NCBI GenBank assembly: GCA_047284725.1 | Contig: JBJBEO010000001.1 | Span: 760,202 to 824,201 of the forward strand | Length of the DNA: 64,000 nucleotides | Direction of reading: 5' to 3' | Source of the DNA: Synechococcus sp. | GTDB taxonomy: Bacteria > Cyanobacteriota > Cyanobacteriia > PCC-6307 > Cyanobiaceae | Part shown: positions 1 to 10,557 of the stretch, piece by piece | Layout of the letters: each line of letters begins with the position of its first letter | How positions within the stretch are numbered: position 1 is the first letter of the stretch | Notes under the pieces: generated by a model | Database searches by the model: none | What the model saw: the letters and a program-made list of their open reading frames with translations, nothing else | Told to the model about the DNA's origin: nothing | Program-made: the position numbers and the translations under genes

Positions 1-1
1 T

Positions 2-1102
2 CCTGTGCTGGAGGACGTGATGCGTCTCGATCTCAGCAACATGATCATCGAGCTCCGGGTGGAGAACGCCTACTCCAAGGGAGGCATCCCGCTCAATGTG
101 GCCGGGGTGGCCAACATCAAGATTTCCGGCGATGAGCCCGGGATCCACAACGCGATCGAACGGCTGATCGGCAAGACCCAGGACGAGATCCGTCACATCG
201 CCAAGGAAACGCTTGAGGGCAACCTGCGCGGCGTGATGGCCAGCCTCACCCCTGAGCAGCTCAATGAAGACAAGGTCACCTTTGCTCGCACCCTGCTGGA
301 GGAGGCGGAAGACGATCTGCAGAAGCTTGGGCTGGTGCTCGACACCCTGCAGATTCAGAACATCTCCGATGACGTGCGCTATCTGGACTCGATCGGACGC
401 AAGCAGCTGGTGGAACTGAAGCGCGATTCACGCATCGCCGAAGCGGAGGCCACGTCCCAGTCGGCGGTGAAACAGGCTGAAAACGCGAGGATCACCAGCC
501 TGCGGCGGCTCGACAAGGAGCTGGCGGTGGCCACGGCGAATGCCCAGAAACGGATCAAGGATGCCCTCACACGCCGCGATGCCCTCGTGGCCGAGGTGGA
601 GGCGAAAGTGGGCGCCGAACTGGCCCGGGCGGAAGCCGAACTGCCGGTGCAGCAGGAACGGATCAAACAGGTGACTCAACAACTCGAGGCCGATGTGATC
701 GCTCCGGCGGAATCGGAATGCCAGACGATGATGGCGGAGGCCAAAGGTGCGGCCGCCTCGATCGTGGAACAGGGTCGTTCCCAGGCCGAAGGCCTTCAGG
801 ATCTGGTGACCTCGCTCAAACGCAGCGGCTCCGATGCCAAGCGGCTCTTCCTGCTCCAGAAACTGGAGCCTCTGCTCACGATGCTCAGCGACACCGTGCA
901 GCCGATTGAAGTGGAAGAGGTGGCGCTGATCGGTGAGCGGGACGGGCAGATGAACCTGTCCATTGCCACCTTGCTGCGTCAGCTGCAGGACAGCACCGGG
1001 TTGCGTTTCAACGGTGCCTCAGGAGCATCGGCGCAGGGGCGATCAGCCGCGTCCTCTGAGGTGATCCCCATGGATCCCGGCACCGACATCGATCCCGGTT
1101 GA
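2..1102 (+). CDS. Flotillin/SPFH (band 7) family protein, 5'-truncated by the window edge
   Basis: SPFH-type core (GVANIKI...AIERL...LEGNLR...LGLVLDTLQIQNISD) followed by an Ala/Glu-rich coiled coil; frame is open to the window start. Confidence 0.9.
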   Translation, partial: PVLEDVMRLDLSNMIIELRVENAYSKGGIPLNVAGVANIKISGDEPGIHNAIERLIGKTQDEIRHIAKETLEGNLRGVMASLTPEQLNEDKVTFARTLLEEAEDDLQKLGLVLDTLQIQNISDDVRYLDSIGRKQLVELKRDSRIAEAEATSQSAVKQAENARITSLRRLDKELAVATANAQKRIKDALTRRDALVAEVEAKVGAELARAEAELPVQQERIKQVTQQLEADVIAPAESECQTMMAEAKGAAASIVEQGRSQAEGLQDLVTSLKRSGSDAKRLFLLQKLEPLLTMLSDTVQPIEVEEVALIGERDGQMNLSIATLLRQLQDSTGLRFNGASGASAQGRSAASSEVIPMDPGTDIDPG

Positions 1103-1123
1103 GCTGTCGGGGAGGGAGATGTC

Positions 1124-1918
1124 TCACCAGTCGTGGCTGCCGTCGTCGACGCGTTCTTCCTGGTGCTGCTTTTCCTCCACATCGCCGGTGTAGCGGCTGA
1201 TCAGCACCCCCATCACCACCGCCAGGTACAAAGGGCCAATGATGCTGGTGGTCACGGCCAGCATCCGCGAGAGGGGCAACATCGGGTTGATGTCGCCAAA
1301 GCCGACGGTGGTGAGGCAGACGAAAGCGAAGTAGTTGAGGCGGGCAAACACGGGCGCCGACTCCAGCACGCTGGTGTCGCCGCCCGTGAGGGACTGGAGA
1401 GGGACGTCGAGAGGTTCAAAGCTGTTGGGTTGGATGGTTTCGACGGCACTCATCACCAGGCCAGCCGTGAGCCCCAGCAGCAGATAACCAGCGGCTGCGC
1501 CCATCAGCATCGACCGGCTGACGCGCCGCTCGCTCGCCAGGCTTTCCACCAGGCGCAGCACACTCCAGCCCACCAGCACACTCCAGCTCAGTACCAGTGG
1601 CATGCCGGTGCTGGTCCATTTGACGGGTGTCATCACCCAGATCAACTGGCTGGTCAGGGCGACCACGGCCAGCAACTGGTAAAGCTTGTCGCGCCAGGTG
1701 GGTCGGCCCGTGTGCACGCGCACCAGCTGGGTGAGCACCAGGGCAATCAGGGAATAGCCCAGAGACCCCAGCCACCCCATCGAGGGGAACGCGAAACTCG
1801 TGAGCATCAAAATGCAGAGAGCCAGCAGCAGCTCATACACGCCCTCTCGGGTGGTTGATGCTCTTTGCGGGAACAACCGCCTCATCCTTGTTGCCTGCAG
1901 CCACGCTGAGGATGCCAA
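1124..1918 (-). CDS. Potassium-channel-like membrane protein (Ion_trans_2 pore); start may be 1885
   Basis: Several TM helices; pore signature YFAFVCLTTVGFGDI. Confidence 0.85.
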   Translation of the reverse strand: MASSAWLQATRMRRLFPQRASTTREGVYELLLALCILMLTSFAFPSMGWLGSLGYSLIALVLTQLVRVHTGRPTWRDKLYQLLAVVALTSQLIWVMTPVKWTSTGMPLVLSWSVLVGWSVLRLVESLASERRVSRSMLMGAAAGYLLLGLTAGLVMSAVETIQPNSFEPLDVPLQSLTGGDTSVLESAPVFARLNYFAFVCLTTVGFGDINPMLPLSRMLAVTTSIIGPLYLAVVMGVLISRYTGDVEEKQHQEERVDDGSHDW

Positions 1919-2076
1919 CGATGACCGGCATCAGCGACCCTTCCTCGACCGATTGTCGTTTCCGCGGAGCTCCTTGGCAGTGACTCCCAGCGGCAGGCGT
2001 TCGGTTCTCCCCCCCGCCCCAGCAAACGCCAGCCAGACGCTCGCCTTAGCTTGGTTGTTCAATCGGACCAGCTGCC

Positions 2077-3942
2077 ATGCCGATTCGCGAGGACGACAAT
2101 CAGCCGAACAGGCGGTTCGGAATCATCAACGTGGTGTTGATCGGTTTCGGAGTGTTGCTGCTGCTCAGCAGCTTCCTGCCCAACCAGGGAATGCAGCAGG
2201 TTCCTCGGGTTCCTTATTCCCTGTTCATTGATCAGGTGAACGATGGCGCGGTGAAGCGGGCCTTCATCACGCAGGATCAGATTCGCTACGAGCTCAGCGC
2301 TCCTGAGGAAGGAGCGCCGGCGGTGCTGGCGACAACGCCGATCTTCGATATGGATCTGCCTCAGCGCCTGGAGAACAAGGGCGTTGAGTTCGCTGCTGCG
2401 CCGCCGAAGAAGCCCAATATCTTCACCACCATTCTCAGCTGGGTGGTGCCTCCCCTGATCTTCATCCTGGTCCTCCAGTTCTTTGCTCGTCGCTCCATGG
2501 GTGCTGGTGGTGCTCAGGGTGCGCTCAACTTCACCAAGAGCAAAGCCAAGGTGTATGTGCCCGACGAGCAGTCGCGCATCACCTTTGCGGATGTGGCCGG
2601 TGTGGATGAGGCCAAAGATGAGCTCACCGAAATCGTCGATTTCCTCAAGTCATCGGAGCGTTACACCGAGATCGGTGCTCGCATCCCGAAGGGTGTTCTG
2701 CTTGTTGGACCTCCCGGCACGGGCAAAACCCTGCTGTCCAAGGCTGTGGCAGGTGAAGCAGGCGTTCCCTTCTTCATCATCAGCGGCTCTGAATTCGTGG
2801 AGCTGTTCGTTGGCGCCGGTGCTGCCCGTGTTCGCGATCTGTTCGAGCAGGCCAAGAAAAACGCGCCCTGCATCATTTTCATTGACGAACTCGACGCGAT
2901 CGGCAAGAGCCGTTCGGGGTCGATGGGTGTGGTCGGCGGCAACGACGAACGCGAGCAGACCCTCAATCAGCTGCTCACCGAAATGGACGGCTTCGCCTCC
3001 AAAGACAAACCAGTGATCGTGCTGGCAGCCACCAACCAGCCCGAGGTGCTGGATGCGGCGTTGCTACGTCCTGGCCGCTTCGACCGTCAGGTGCTGGTGG
3101 ACCGTCCGGATCTGTCCGGCCGTAAAACCATCCTGGAGATCTACGCCAACAAGGTGAAGCTGGCTGAGGGTGTTGACCTTGATGGCATCGCCCAGGCCAC
3201 CAGTGGCTTTGCTGGTGCTGATCTAGCCAACCTCGTCAATGAAGCAGCCCTGCTTGCCGCCCGTGCCAAGCGCACCAAGGTGGAACAGCAGGACCTCAGC
3301 GAAGCGATCGAGCGTGTGGTCGCTGGTCTTGAGAAGAAGAGTCGCGTGTTGCAAGACGATGAGAAGAAGGTGGTGGCGTATCACGAGGTCGGTCACGCCA
3401 TCGTTGGTCACCTGATGCCCGGCGGCAGCAAGGTGGCGAAGATCTCGATCGTGCCCCGGGGCATGAGTGCCCTTGGCTACACACTGCAGCTGCCGACCGA
3501 AGAGCGCTTCCTCAATTCCCGCGAAGATCTACAAGGTCAGATCGCCACCCTGCTGGGCGGACGCTCCGCTGAGGAAATCGTCTTCGGCAAGATCACAACG
3601 GGAGCCGCCAATGATCTGCAGCGTGCCACCGACATTGCTGAACAGATGGTGGGTACCTATGGCATGAGTGACACGCTCGGTCCACTTGCTTACGACAAGC
3701 AGGGTGGTGGTCGTTTCCTCGGCGGTGGCAACAACCCTCGCCGCACCGTCAGTGACGCCACGGCTCAGGCGATCGATAAGGAAGTGCGTGGACTGGTGGA
3801 CAGTGCCCACGATCAGGCCCTCAACATCCTTCGCCACAACATGGCTTTGCTGGAAACCATCTCCCAGAAAATCCTTGAGAAGGAGGTGATTGAGGGCGAC
3901 GAGCTCAAGGACATGCTGGCCGCCAGCGTGATGCCCGGCTGA
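2077..3942 (+). CDS. ftsH: ATP-dependent zinc metalloprotease FtsH
   Basis: Two N-terminal TMs, Walker A GPPGTGKT, Walker [25 protein letters not shown] zinc motif. Confidence 0.98.
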   Translation: MPIREDDNQPNRRFGIINVVLIGFGVLLLLSSFLPNQGMQQVPRVPYSLFIDQVNDGAVKRAFITQDQIRYELSAPEEGAPAVLATTPIFDMDLPQRLENKGVEFAAAPPKKPNIFTTILSWVVPPLIFILVLQFFARRSMGAGGAQGALNFTKSKAKVYVPDEQSRITFADVAGVDEAKDELTEIVDFLKSSERYTEIGARIPKGVLLVGPPGTGKTLLSKAVAGEAGVPFFIISGSEFVELFVGAGAARVRDLFEQAKKNAPCIIFIDELDAIGKSRSGSMGVVGGNDEREQTLNQLLTEMDGFASKDKPVIVLAATNQPEVLDAALLRPGRFDRQVLVDRPDLSGRKTILEIYANKVKLAEGVDLDGIAQATSGFAGADLANLVNEAALLAARAKRTKVEQQDLSEAIERVVAGLEKKSRVLQDDEKKVVAYHEVGHAIVGHLMPGGSKVAKISIVPRGMSALGYTLQLPTEERFLNSREDLQGQIATLLGGRSAEEIVFGKITTGAANDLQRATDIAEQMVGTYGMSDTLGPLAYDKQGGGRFLGGGNNPRRTVSDATAQAIDKEVRGLVDSAHDQALNILRHNMALLETISQKILEKEVIEGDELKDMLAASVMPG

Positions 3943-4017
3943 TTCGTCCCTGATTGACGCAGGCCCCCTTGACGGAATGGGGGCCGATCCTCGATAAAAC
4001 TCCTTTGAAAGCCATTC

Positions 4018-4974
4018 ATGGTTTCCCTCGCTCAGGGTGTTGCTGCCGTTCTTTCTCCTCTGAGCGGCAAGAATTATCTGTCGTCTGAAGACGCGAGCGC
4101 TGACCAGACCGCCGCGTTGCTCGATCTGGCCCGGCAGCTGAAAAGCGGTGAGCGTCGGATCGATCTCGGCAATCGGGTGTTGGGTCTGATCTTCACCAAG
4201 GCCTCCACGCGTACGCGTGTCAGCTTCCAGGTGGCGATGGCCCGTCTTGGCGGACAGACCGTGGATCTCAATCCCCAGGTCACGCAACTGGGGCGTGGTG
4301 AGCCTTTGGAAGACACCGCACGGGTGCTGAGCCGTTTCTGTGATGCCCTGGCAATTCGCACCTTCGCCCAGCAGGAACTGGTGGATTACGCCCACTGGGC
4401 GACGATCCCGGTGATCAATGCGCTCACCGATCTGGAACATCCCTGCCAAGCCCTCGCTGACTTCCTCACCATGCAGGAGGCCTTCGGTGATCTGCAGGGA
4501 CAAACCCTGGCGTATGTGGGTGATGGCAACAACGTCGCCCACTCCTTGATGATCTGTGGCGCCCTTCTGGGGGTGAATGTGCGCATCGGCTGTCCGGATG
4601 GGTTTGAGCCTCTTCCCGGCGTGCTCGAGCAGGCCCAGCGTCTTGCCGTCGGTGGTGCCCAGATCTCCGTGACCAGCGACCCTGTGGCCGCCGTGCGCGG
4701 TGCTCAGGCGCTCTACACAGATGTATGGGCGTCGATGGGACAGGAGCAGGAGCAGGCGGAGCGGGAGAAGGCGTTCCAAGGCTTCTGCCTGGATGAAGCC
4801 TTGCTGGCGGAAGCTGATTCCCGCGCCATCGTGTTGCACTGTCTGCCTGCCCATCGCGGTGAGGAGATCAGCCCAGGGGTGATGGAAGGGCCCTCCAGCC
4901 GTATCTTTGATCAGGCTGAAAACCGTCTGCATGCCCAGCAGGCCTTGTTGGCAGCCTTGATGGGCGGTCTTTGA
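4018..4974 (+). CDS. argF: Ornithine carbamoyltransferase
   Basis: STRTRVSF, HPCQ, DVWASMG and HCLP motifs. Confidence 0.97.
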   Translation: MVSLAQGVAAVLSPLSGKNYLSSEDASADQTAALLDLARQLKSGERRIDLGNRVLGLIFTKASTRTRVSFQVAMARLGGQTVDLNPQVTQLGRGEPLEDTARVLSRFCDALAIRTFAQQELVDYAHWATIPVINALTDLEHPCQALADFLTMQEAFGDLQGQTLAYVGDGNNVAHSLMICGALLGVNVRIGCPDGFEPLPGVLEQAQRLAVGGAQISVTSDPVAAVRGAQALYTDVWASMGQEQEQAEREKAFQGFCLDEALLAEADSRAIVLHCLPAHRGEEISPGVMEGPSSRIFDQAENRLHAQQALLAALMGGL

Positions 4975-4986
4975 GGCTCGCTGGGC

Positions 4987-5745
4987 GTGGACGTCGGTTG
5001 CCTGGCGAGCCCTTTGCCGATCTCCTTCAGCGGGGGGCCGGTCACGGTGGTCCTAGTGCATGGCTTCACAGGCTCTCCCGCCGAACTGCGGCTTCTGGCT
5101 GAGGCTTGCCATCAGCAGGGCTTTGCCGTGGAGGTGCCACTGCTTGATGGCCATGGCACGGTGCTTGACGATCTGGTGCCGATGAAGCCACAGCGCTGGA
5201 TCGATCAGCTCGATGCGGTGATTCGCACTCAACTTCAGAGAGGGCAGCAGGTGGTGCTTGGGGGGCTGTCGATGGGCTCGATCCTGGCCTTGCAGGCATC
5301 GATGCGCTGGCCTGAGATTCAAGGCCTGATGCTCTATGCCCCACCCATCGGCAGTCGAGACCTGCGGCGTTTTTTGGCACCACTGCTCACGCGACTGGTC
5401 ACCTCTGTGGCCAAGCCCCCCAGTGATTACGTGGATCCCAGCACGGCTGACCGCCTCTGGGCGTACGACCGTTATCCCGTGATCTGCAGCAGTCTGGTGT
5501 TGCAGATGATTGCCAGGGTGAGAAGAGAACTGCGCAGTGTGACCTCGCCGATGCTGGTGATTGCCAGTCACCGCGACAACGTGGTGAGCGCCAGAGGCGT
5601 GGACTTGTTGCTGCAGCGGGTGTCATCTCCCGTGAAGCAGGTGCTGTGGTTGGAGCGCAGCAGCCATGCCGTCACGGCGGATGGGGAGTGGAGGTTGGTG
5701 TGCGAGCGCAGCCTGTCGTTTCTTGACTCCCTCCAGTTGGGTTGA
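4987..5745 (+). CDS. Alpha/beta hydrolase (carboxylesterase-like)
   Basis: HGFTG oxyanion motif, GLSMG nucleophile elbow, Asp (RDNVV) and His (SSH) positions. Confidence 0.88.
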   Translation: MDVGCLASPLPISFSGGPVTVVLVHGFTGSPAELRLLAEACHQQGFAVEVPLLDGHGTVLDDLVPMKPQRWIDQLDAVIRTQLQRGQQVVLGGLSMGSILALQASMRWPEIQGLMLYAPPIGSRDLRRFLAPLLTRLVTSVAKPPSDYVDPSTADRLWAYDRYPVICSSLVLQMIARVRRELRSVTSPMLVIASHRDNVVSARGVDLLLQRVSSPVKQVLWLERSSHAVTADGEWRLVCERSLSFLDSLQLG

Positions 5746-5819
5746 TCACGACTGCACGGGGTCTGCCGCTGCTGTTGCTTCATTCCGCTGAGGGGGTCTT
5801 GCAAAGGCGTCGACCCACA

Positions 5820-5833
5820 GGTACATATGTATT
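5820..5833 (+). promoter_or_regulatory. Putative cyanobacterial LexA (SOS) box
   Basis: GGTACATATGTATT resembles the cyanobacterial RGTAC-N4-GTWC consensus and lies 20 bp upstream of lexA. Confidence 0.65.
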
Positions 5834-5853
5834 GACTGACGCGTTCAACGCCG

Positions 5854-6471
5854 GTGCCTGCTGGAACTCCCGAGCCCCTCACCCCTGCGCAGCAGGAGCT
5901 ATATGACTGGTTGGCTGATTTCATCGGCGCCAATCAACACAGTCCTTCGATTCGCCAGATGATGCAGGCCATGGGCCTGCGTTCCCCGGCCCCGGTGCAG
6001 AGCCGCTTGCGTCATCTTCAGCAGAAGGGTTGGATCACCTGGCAGGAGGGGCAGGCCCGTACCCTTCAGTTGCTTGGAGGTTTGGCCTCTGGCATCCCAG
6101 TGCTGGGGGCTGTTGCCGCTGGTGGTTTGGTGGAAACCTTCGATGATGTGCAGGAGCGGCTGGATTTGGCTCCGGTGCTGGAGACCCAGGGCCTGTTCGC
6201 GCTCACGGTGAATGGTGACTCCATGGTGGATGCCCATATCGCTGATGGAGACGTGGTGTTAATGGAACCGGTGCTGGAAGCATCGCGACTTCGGGAAGGC
6301 ACGATTGTGAGTGCCCTGGTGCCTGGCAGTGGCACCACGCTCAAGCACTTCCACCGCGGCAAGGGATTGATCCGCCTTGAAGCGGCGAATCCTGCCTATG
6401 AACCGCTTGAGTTGCCGGCCGATCAGGTGCAGGTGCAGGGCAAGCTGGTGGCGGTGTGGCGTCAGGTGTAA
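5854..6471 (+). CDS. lexA: SOS repressor LexA
   Basis: N-terminal wHTH (SPSIRQM...LQQKGWI), Ala-Gly cleavage site VAAG, catalytic GDSM and TLK. Confidence 0.96.
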   Translation: MPAGTPEPLTPAQQELYDWLADFIGANQHSPSIRQMMQAMGLRSPAPVQSRLRHLQQKGWITWQEGQARTLQLLGGLASGIPVLGAVAAGGLVETFDDVQERLDLAPVLETQGLFALTVNGDSMVDAHIADGDVVLMEPVLEASRLREGTIVSALVPGSGTTLKHFHRGKGLIRLEAANPAYEPLELPADQVQVQGKLVAVWRQV

Positions 6472-6550
6472 CAGCCTCCCGGGGAAGCGCACCCGCCGGT
6501 GTAAGGTATTCAGGTCGAAGGCCAAGCCTGAGGGTGTTGCCGACGATCAT

Positions 6551-6623
6551 GGGGCCATAGCTCAGCTGGTAGAGCACCTGCATGGCATGCAGGGGGTCAG
6601 GAGTTCGAGTCTCCTTGGCTCCA
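6551..6623 (+). tRNA. tRNA-Ala(GGC)
   Basis: GGGGCCATAGCTCAGCTGGTAGAGC...; anticodon arm CCTGC-AT-GGC-AT-GCAGG; T-loop GTTCGAG; ends GGCTCCA. Confidence 0.97.
6577..6623 (+). repeat. att core, left copy (3' 47 bp of tRNA-Ala)
   Basis: CCTGCATGGCATGCAGGGGGTCAGGAGTTCGAGTCTCCTTGGCTCCA, identical to 32806-32852. Confidence 0.95.
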
Positions 6624-6718
6624 TTCTTAAAAGCCCAGTTAACCACTGGTTTTTTGGCGGCTTCAAGACCGCTTTTTTGTTGTCCGACTACGGCTGGCTA
6701 TGGCCTGTTAGGGCTGTT

Positions 6719-6740
6719 CTGCTCTAAATCCTGCTCTAAA
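6719..6740 (+). repeat. Putative integrase arm-type sites (CTGCTCTAAA x2)
   Basis: CTGCTCTAAA-N2-CTGCTCTAAA; the same arrangement recurs at 32729-32750. Confidence 0.7.
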
Positions 6741-6765
6741 ACTGCTTCAGAGCACGACGCCTGAA

Positions 6766-8034
6766 ATGCCTGCCCAGAAGTGGGAAAAGACCCTTCGTCA
6801 GCAGATCAGGGACAACCACGGCAATGGTTGGAACGTCATTGCTCAGAGCGGCAAGACCAAGCTCACTCGCCGGTATGAAGACGGCAGCAAAAGCGCCAAG
6901 GTGCTTCCAATCGAATGGAAAGCAACCAACAGCGTCGAGATCCTCAATGCCGTCACAAGGTGCCGTGAGCTTTGTGAAAGCAGGAACATCAGCCTTGCTG
7001 AGGCAGTCCGTTTGGACACAGAGACGCTTTCTGTCCCTGATGACCACAACGGCACTGCCAACCAAGGTTGGCCAGCTGTTGTTGAGGAGTACCTAGCCAC
7101 CAAGCAAGGTCGCCGCAGCACGACGCTTGCTGACCTCAGAACACGTCTGAAGCGTGTTTTGAGGTGTATGGAAAGCAGACCAAAGCCACGCGATTCAAGG
7201 GCGCTTCTTAAGCGGTTTGCGGAACTGCACTTCACCGACATGGCACCAGGTGGCCAGGGTCGAAAACGGAACCTTGGTGATGCCTGCGCCTTTTTGACTT
7301 ACGCAGTCAACAAAGCTGGTGCGCCACAGCGTTGGTTGCCGCCAGAAAAGGCGTTCATCAATGAGCTGATCGGTGTTGCCGCTACATCTACAGAGGAACG
7401 CTTAACGCCTCCCGTAAAACCTGCAGACCTTGCTGCGTTGCTTGATCAAATGGAAGCCGATGGTCGTCATGACCTTCGACTTGCTGTTGGTCTTGTCGCG
7501 CTGTTTGGTCTTCGACCAGCTGAGCTGGCCGTGTTGAAAGTCAAGGGCGACAAGCTCTATTGCGGCCACGTCAAACGCAATGCAGCAACGCTGGCGCAGA
7601 AAGCAAAGCCACCTAGACGTTGCTTGCCATTGGACATCGCTGGCCGTGAAGGCGAAGGCAAGCGTCTACTGCAGCTGTATTCATCCGGGTTGGTGAAGTT
7701 GCCTGCAGCTGTGTTGAACGAAATCAGCAAGGTCGACTCCAAAGGGACTTTTCAGGAAGTCGGCCATGCGTTTGGTCAGCTGCTGAAGCGTTATGAGCCT
7801 TGGAAAAATTTGGTTCGTGCGAATGAAGGCGTTACGCCTTATTCGTTGAGGCATTCATGGGCATGGCGCTGCCACGTTTGCTCAAATAATGCTTTGCACG
7901 TTCGGCAAGCAGCTGCGCTTATGGGTCATACCGTCGCAGTTCATCTGAAGAATTACGGCACGTGGGTTGATGAAGCCAGTCTGGAAGCGGCTGTTGAGCG
8001 ATACAACGAAGGTTTGGTCCCTGTTAATCAGTGA
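6766..8034 (+). CDS. Tyrosine recombinase/integrase
   Basis: GLRPAEL (Arg I), YSLRHSW (Arg II) and LMGH...HLKNY (catalytic Tyr); adjacent to the tRNA. Confidence 0.93.
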   Translation: MPAQKWEKTLRQQIRDNHGNGWNVIAQSGKTKLTRRYEDGSKSAKVLPIEWKATNSVEILNAVTRCRELCESRNISLAEAVRLDTETLSVPDDHNGTANQGWPAVVEEYLATKQGRRSTTLADLRTRLKRVLRCMESRPKPRDSRALLKRFAELHFTDMAPGGQGRKRNLGDACAFLTYAVNKAGAPQRWLPPEKAFINELIGVAATSTEERLTPPVKPADLAALLDQMEADGRHDLRLAVGLVALFGLRPAELAVLKVKGDKLYCGHVKRNAATLAQKAKPPRRCLPLDIAGREGEGKRLLQLYSSGLVKLPAAVLNEISKVDSKGTFQEVGHAFGQLLKRYEPWKNLVRANEGVTPYSLRHSWAWRCHVCSNNALHVRQAAALMGHTVAVHLKNYGTWVDEASLEAAVERYNEGLVPVNQ

Positions 8035-8263
8035 AGCTGAGAAATGGCATACCGCTATTTGTCAACGTGTCACGCCGCTTTGCTGAAGCGTGCTGTGGTT
8101 GGCCGTCGCAGATCGTCTTGTTATATTCTCAGTATCACATCTCACGGACAACGTCACAGTGATCCTGTGACCCCGTGAACAGCTTTTCCCAAGGCTGGAC
8201 CGATTCGCTTCTACGTTGCGTCTAACGGGGTGGAACTTCAATCGTTCATCCTTTGCTCTGTCA

Positions 8264-8554
8264 ATGAGTCGAACTGCGTCGAAACTGAAAAAAGCTCGGG
8301 GAAAGCAAGCCAGGCAGGTTAACGGTCACGATGTTGACTTCCGTTACCCAGCAGGGGGTTTAGACGCTGAAGAGATTGGCCAAAATCTGTTGAAGCTCAA
8401 GGAACAGCACGGTGATCCTGTCTTTGATTTCAGCAATTACAAGCCATACGTCCGGCTGATTGCGCAGTGCATGGGGCTTAAACAGGAAGGTCTCCCGTGT
8501 TGTTACGGACCCCAGATGCCGCAAAGCATCTCCAAGTCAGTGAAAGCTACCTAA
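8264..8554 (+). CDS. Hypothetical protein of the element core
   Basis: ATG-start ORF (MSRTASK...) co-oriented with the replication module; overlaps the next gene. Confidence 0.4.
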   Translation: MSRTASKLKKARGKQARQVNGHDVDFRYPAGGLDAEEIGQNLLKLKEQHGDPVFDFSNYKPYVRLIAQCMGLKQEGLPCCYGPQMPQSISKSVKAT

Positions 8555-8724
8555 AGCGTCTCAGAGATTCCCACGGCGGCTTTTTAGTCGGCGGGGAACA
8601 TTACTTCTTGGGTGCGAGTTCTAACGCCAGCATCCGCTGGGACGTTGATCTCATCCAGAAAGAACTCCATAAGCGTGGTCGCATCCAACGCGAAGCAGTC
8701 CAACTGCTTAAGGAGTTGGTCTGA
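8497..8724 (+). CDS. Excisionase-like HTH DNA-binding protein
   Basis: 75 aa with a MerR/Xis-like pattern (LLRTPDAAKHLQVSESYLKRLR...IRWDVD); typical position after the integrase. Confidence 0.7.
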   Translation: MLLRTPDAAKHLQVSESYLKRLRDSHGGFLVGGEHYFLGASSNASIRWDVDLIQKELHKRGRIQREAVQLLKELV

Positions 8725-8765
8725 TGACTTCTTGCACCGTCGGAGAAATTAACAAAGCATAAAAA

Positions 8766-9476
8766 ATGACTGCCCAAAAATTGAGCAGCCAAGAGGCCCG
8801 TGTTCCCTCAAGGCTAAGTGAAACCCTGCTAGGTAGGCAGGGTGTCAGTGCACCCAAATCAACTGATACAACTAGTAGGTCTAGACCTACAAAACCGCGT
8901 TTAGGTCAGTTTTTAGAGCAGAAGCTGACCAGATCAGGACGTAAGACCCCATGCGCTTGTGGTCGCGTCAAAGACGGTGACTGCCGCTTCAGCGACAACA
9001 CACTGTTCTGCCACAACAGCCCGCTGCAGGACCAATTCCGGTGGCGTGGTCAAACGTGGTTCTTGCATCGCACCAACTGCGGCCATACGGGCGCTTGCAA
9101 CCTCTACAAGCCATGGCCGCCAGCAGATCAACGCCGTTGCCATAGGCCATCGGCAAAACGCCATGTCAGCACTAGATGGCGACGGCTCTTGCCTCAGTTC
9201 ATTTCTGAATGGCGGGAGGCAATGGCGTGCCCTGAATTTGAACTGTGCAGTCCCGATGAGCTGCGCCACTACTTCAAGGCCATTTACCGGGCGGAATACA
9301 AGGGCGAACAGCTGTTGCCGCTGTTGGTTGATGCCGCCAGGCACAACCCCCAATACCGGCAGTTTGTCATCGCTGTGCAGCACAAGCTCAAGACCTTGCG
9401 ATACCAACGCCGTGACGTTGATTGCTTCCGCAAAAACGATCTCGGCTGTCCTGAACTCAACGGGTGGCTGTCATGA
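8766..9476 (+). CDS. Putative primase-associated Zn-finger protein
   Basis: PCACGRVKDGDCR...LFCH Cys/His cluster; ATGA overlap with the AAA gene. Confidence 0.55.
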   Translation: MTAQKLSSQEARVPSRLSETLLGRQGVSAPKSTDTTSRSRPTKPRLGQFLEQKLTRSGRKTPCACGRVKDGDCRFSDNTLFCHNSPLQDQFRWRGQTWFLHRTNCGHTGACNLYKPWPPADQRRCHRPSAKRHVSTRWRRLLPQFISEWREAMACPEFELCSPDELRHYFKAIYRAEYKGEQLLPLLVDAARHNPQYRQFVIAVQHKLKTLRYQRRDVDCFRKNDLGCPELNGWLS

Positions 9477-10492
9477 GCGAATACGACTTCAACCCTCTTG
9501 ATGACCTGATTGACAAAGGTGCTCAGGGGTGTGTGCACGAACTAGGAAAAATCTGGCGAGTGTTCCTGATTGCTGTCAGCGGCATTGTTCTGCTGGCCGC
9601 TGAACGTGGCACCGGCAAGACCACGTTCGTTAATCGGTTCCTTGAGGCGATCCAAGAAGGCTTTGACTTCCTAGGTGCGTTCAAGGTCACCAAGGGCAGG
9701 TGCCTGTTGATCCAAGGTGATGAGCCCAAAGAGCATGCTCAAGCCGTCTACAGGCAGCAAGAACTAAAGCAGAACTGGGATGTCATCTACCCGAAGGAGC
9801 CATTCCCAGTTGAATTGCTCCTGAAGGCCATTGAGTCAAAGCAGTACGACGCAATCTGCATCGACTCTTTGACCACTGTTCTATGCAGTGAGAGCAGGCG
9901 GACGGTTGATTCAGAACTGGTCGACCTGCTTTACGAGTTGAACAAGGCGGCAGTTGATGCTGGCGTCTTGATCCTTATGACTGCCCACCTCATCAAGGCT
10001 CCAAAAGACGGCAATGGCGTTCGGCAGCGCCGCCAAACAGTTCAGTGGGATGACATCGCTGGCCTTGGAACCATCAGTGCAGCAGTTCAAGACTGCTGGG
10101 GTTTAGCTCCAGCAGGTCAGTACTTCAGCCTGCATGCCCTGGGCAAACGGAACATCAAAGAGGGCACCAAATGGTTGCTGGATCGTGAGGCTGAATCCTT
10201 TGACTGGTGGTTGATTGACGATCAAGACCAGCAGCTACCCGAGGAACGACAACTGCTTTCAGATCAGATCCTGAGCCATGTCAAACAACATGGCTACTGC
10301 TCGATTGCTGACCTCACTAAGGCCACTAGAGCTGATGCGGAATACATCCGCGTTTGCTGTGTTGACCTGTTCACGCAGGGCAAGCTGCAGCGCCACAAGA
10401 GGAAGTCAAATGAGGATCCCCCAAAGCGGGGCAGACCTGCCTTCCTATACGGCGTTGGTGATTTTTCCTGTATTACGCACACAGGCCCCTGA
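9473..10492 (+). CDS. AAA ATPase/RepA-like helicase with C-terminal HTH
   Basis: Walker A AERGTGKT, Walker B ICIDSL, ILMTAHLIK; C-terminal wHTH ending in RGRP. Confidence 0.8.
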   Translation: MSEYDFNPLDDLIDKGAQGCVHELGKIWRVFLIAVSGIVLLAAERGTGKTTFVNRFLEAIQEGFDFLGAFKVTKGRCLLIQGDEPKEHAQAVYRQQELKQNWDVIYPKEPFPVELLLKAIESKQYDAICIDSLTTVLCSESRRTVDSELVDLLYELNKAAVDAGVLILMTAHLIKAPKDGNGVRQRRQTVQWDDIAGLGTISAAVQDCWGLAPAGQYFSLHALGKRNIKEGTKWLLDREAESFDWWLIDDQDQQLPEERQLLSDQILSHVKQHGYCSIADLTKATRADAEYIRVCCVDLFTQGKLQRHKRKSNEDPPKRGRPAFLYGVGDFSCITHTGP

Positions 10493-10557
10493 ACGACTGT
10501 TCCGTACATCGGTGGTGAAGACGATCCGGCATGGGGTCCACGTCCGGAGGTCATCTA

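Noticed and set aside
3529..4932. 467-aa minus-strand ORF (likewise 50224-51825 and 1133-1858 on +)
   Set aside because: Antisense shadows of argF/ftsH, cobQ and the channel gene in GC-rich DNA
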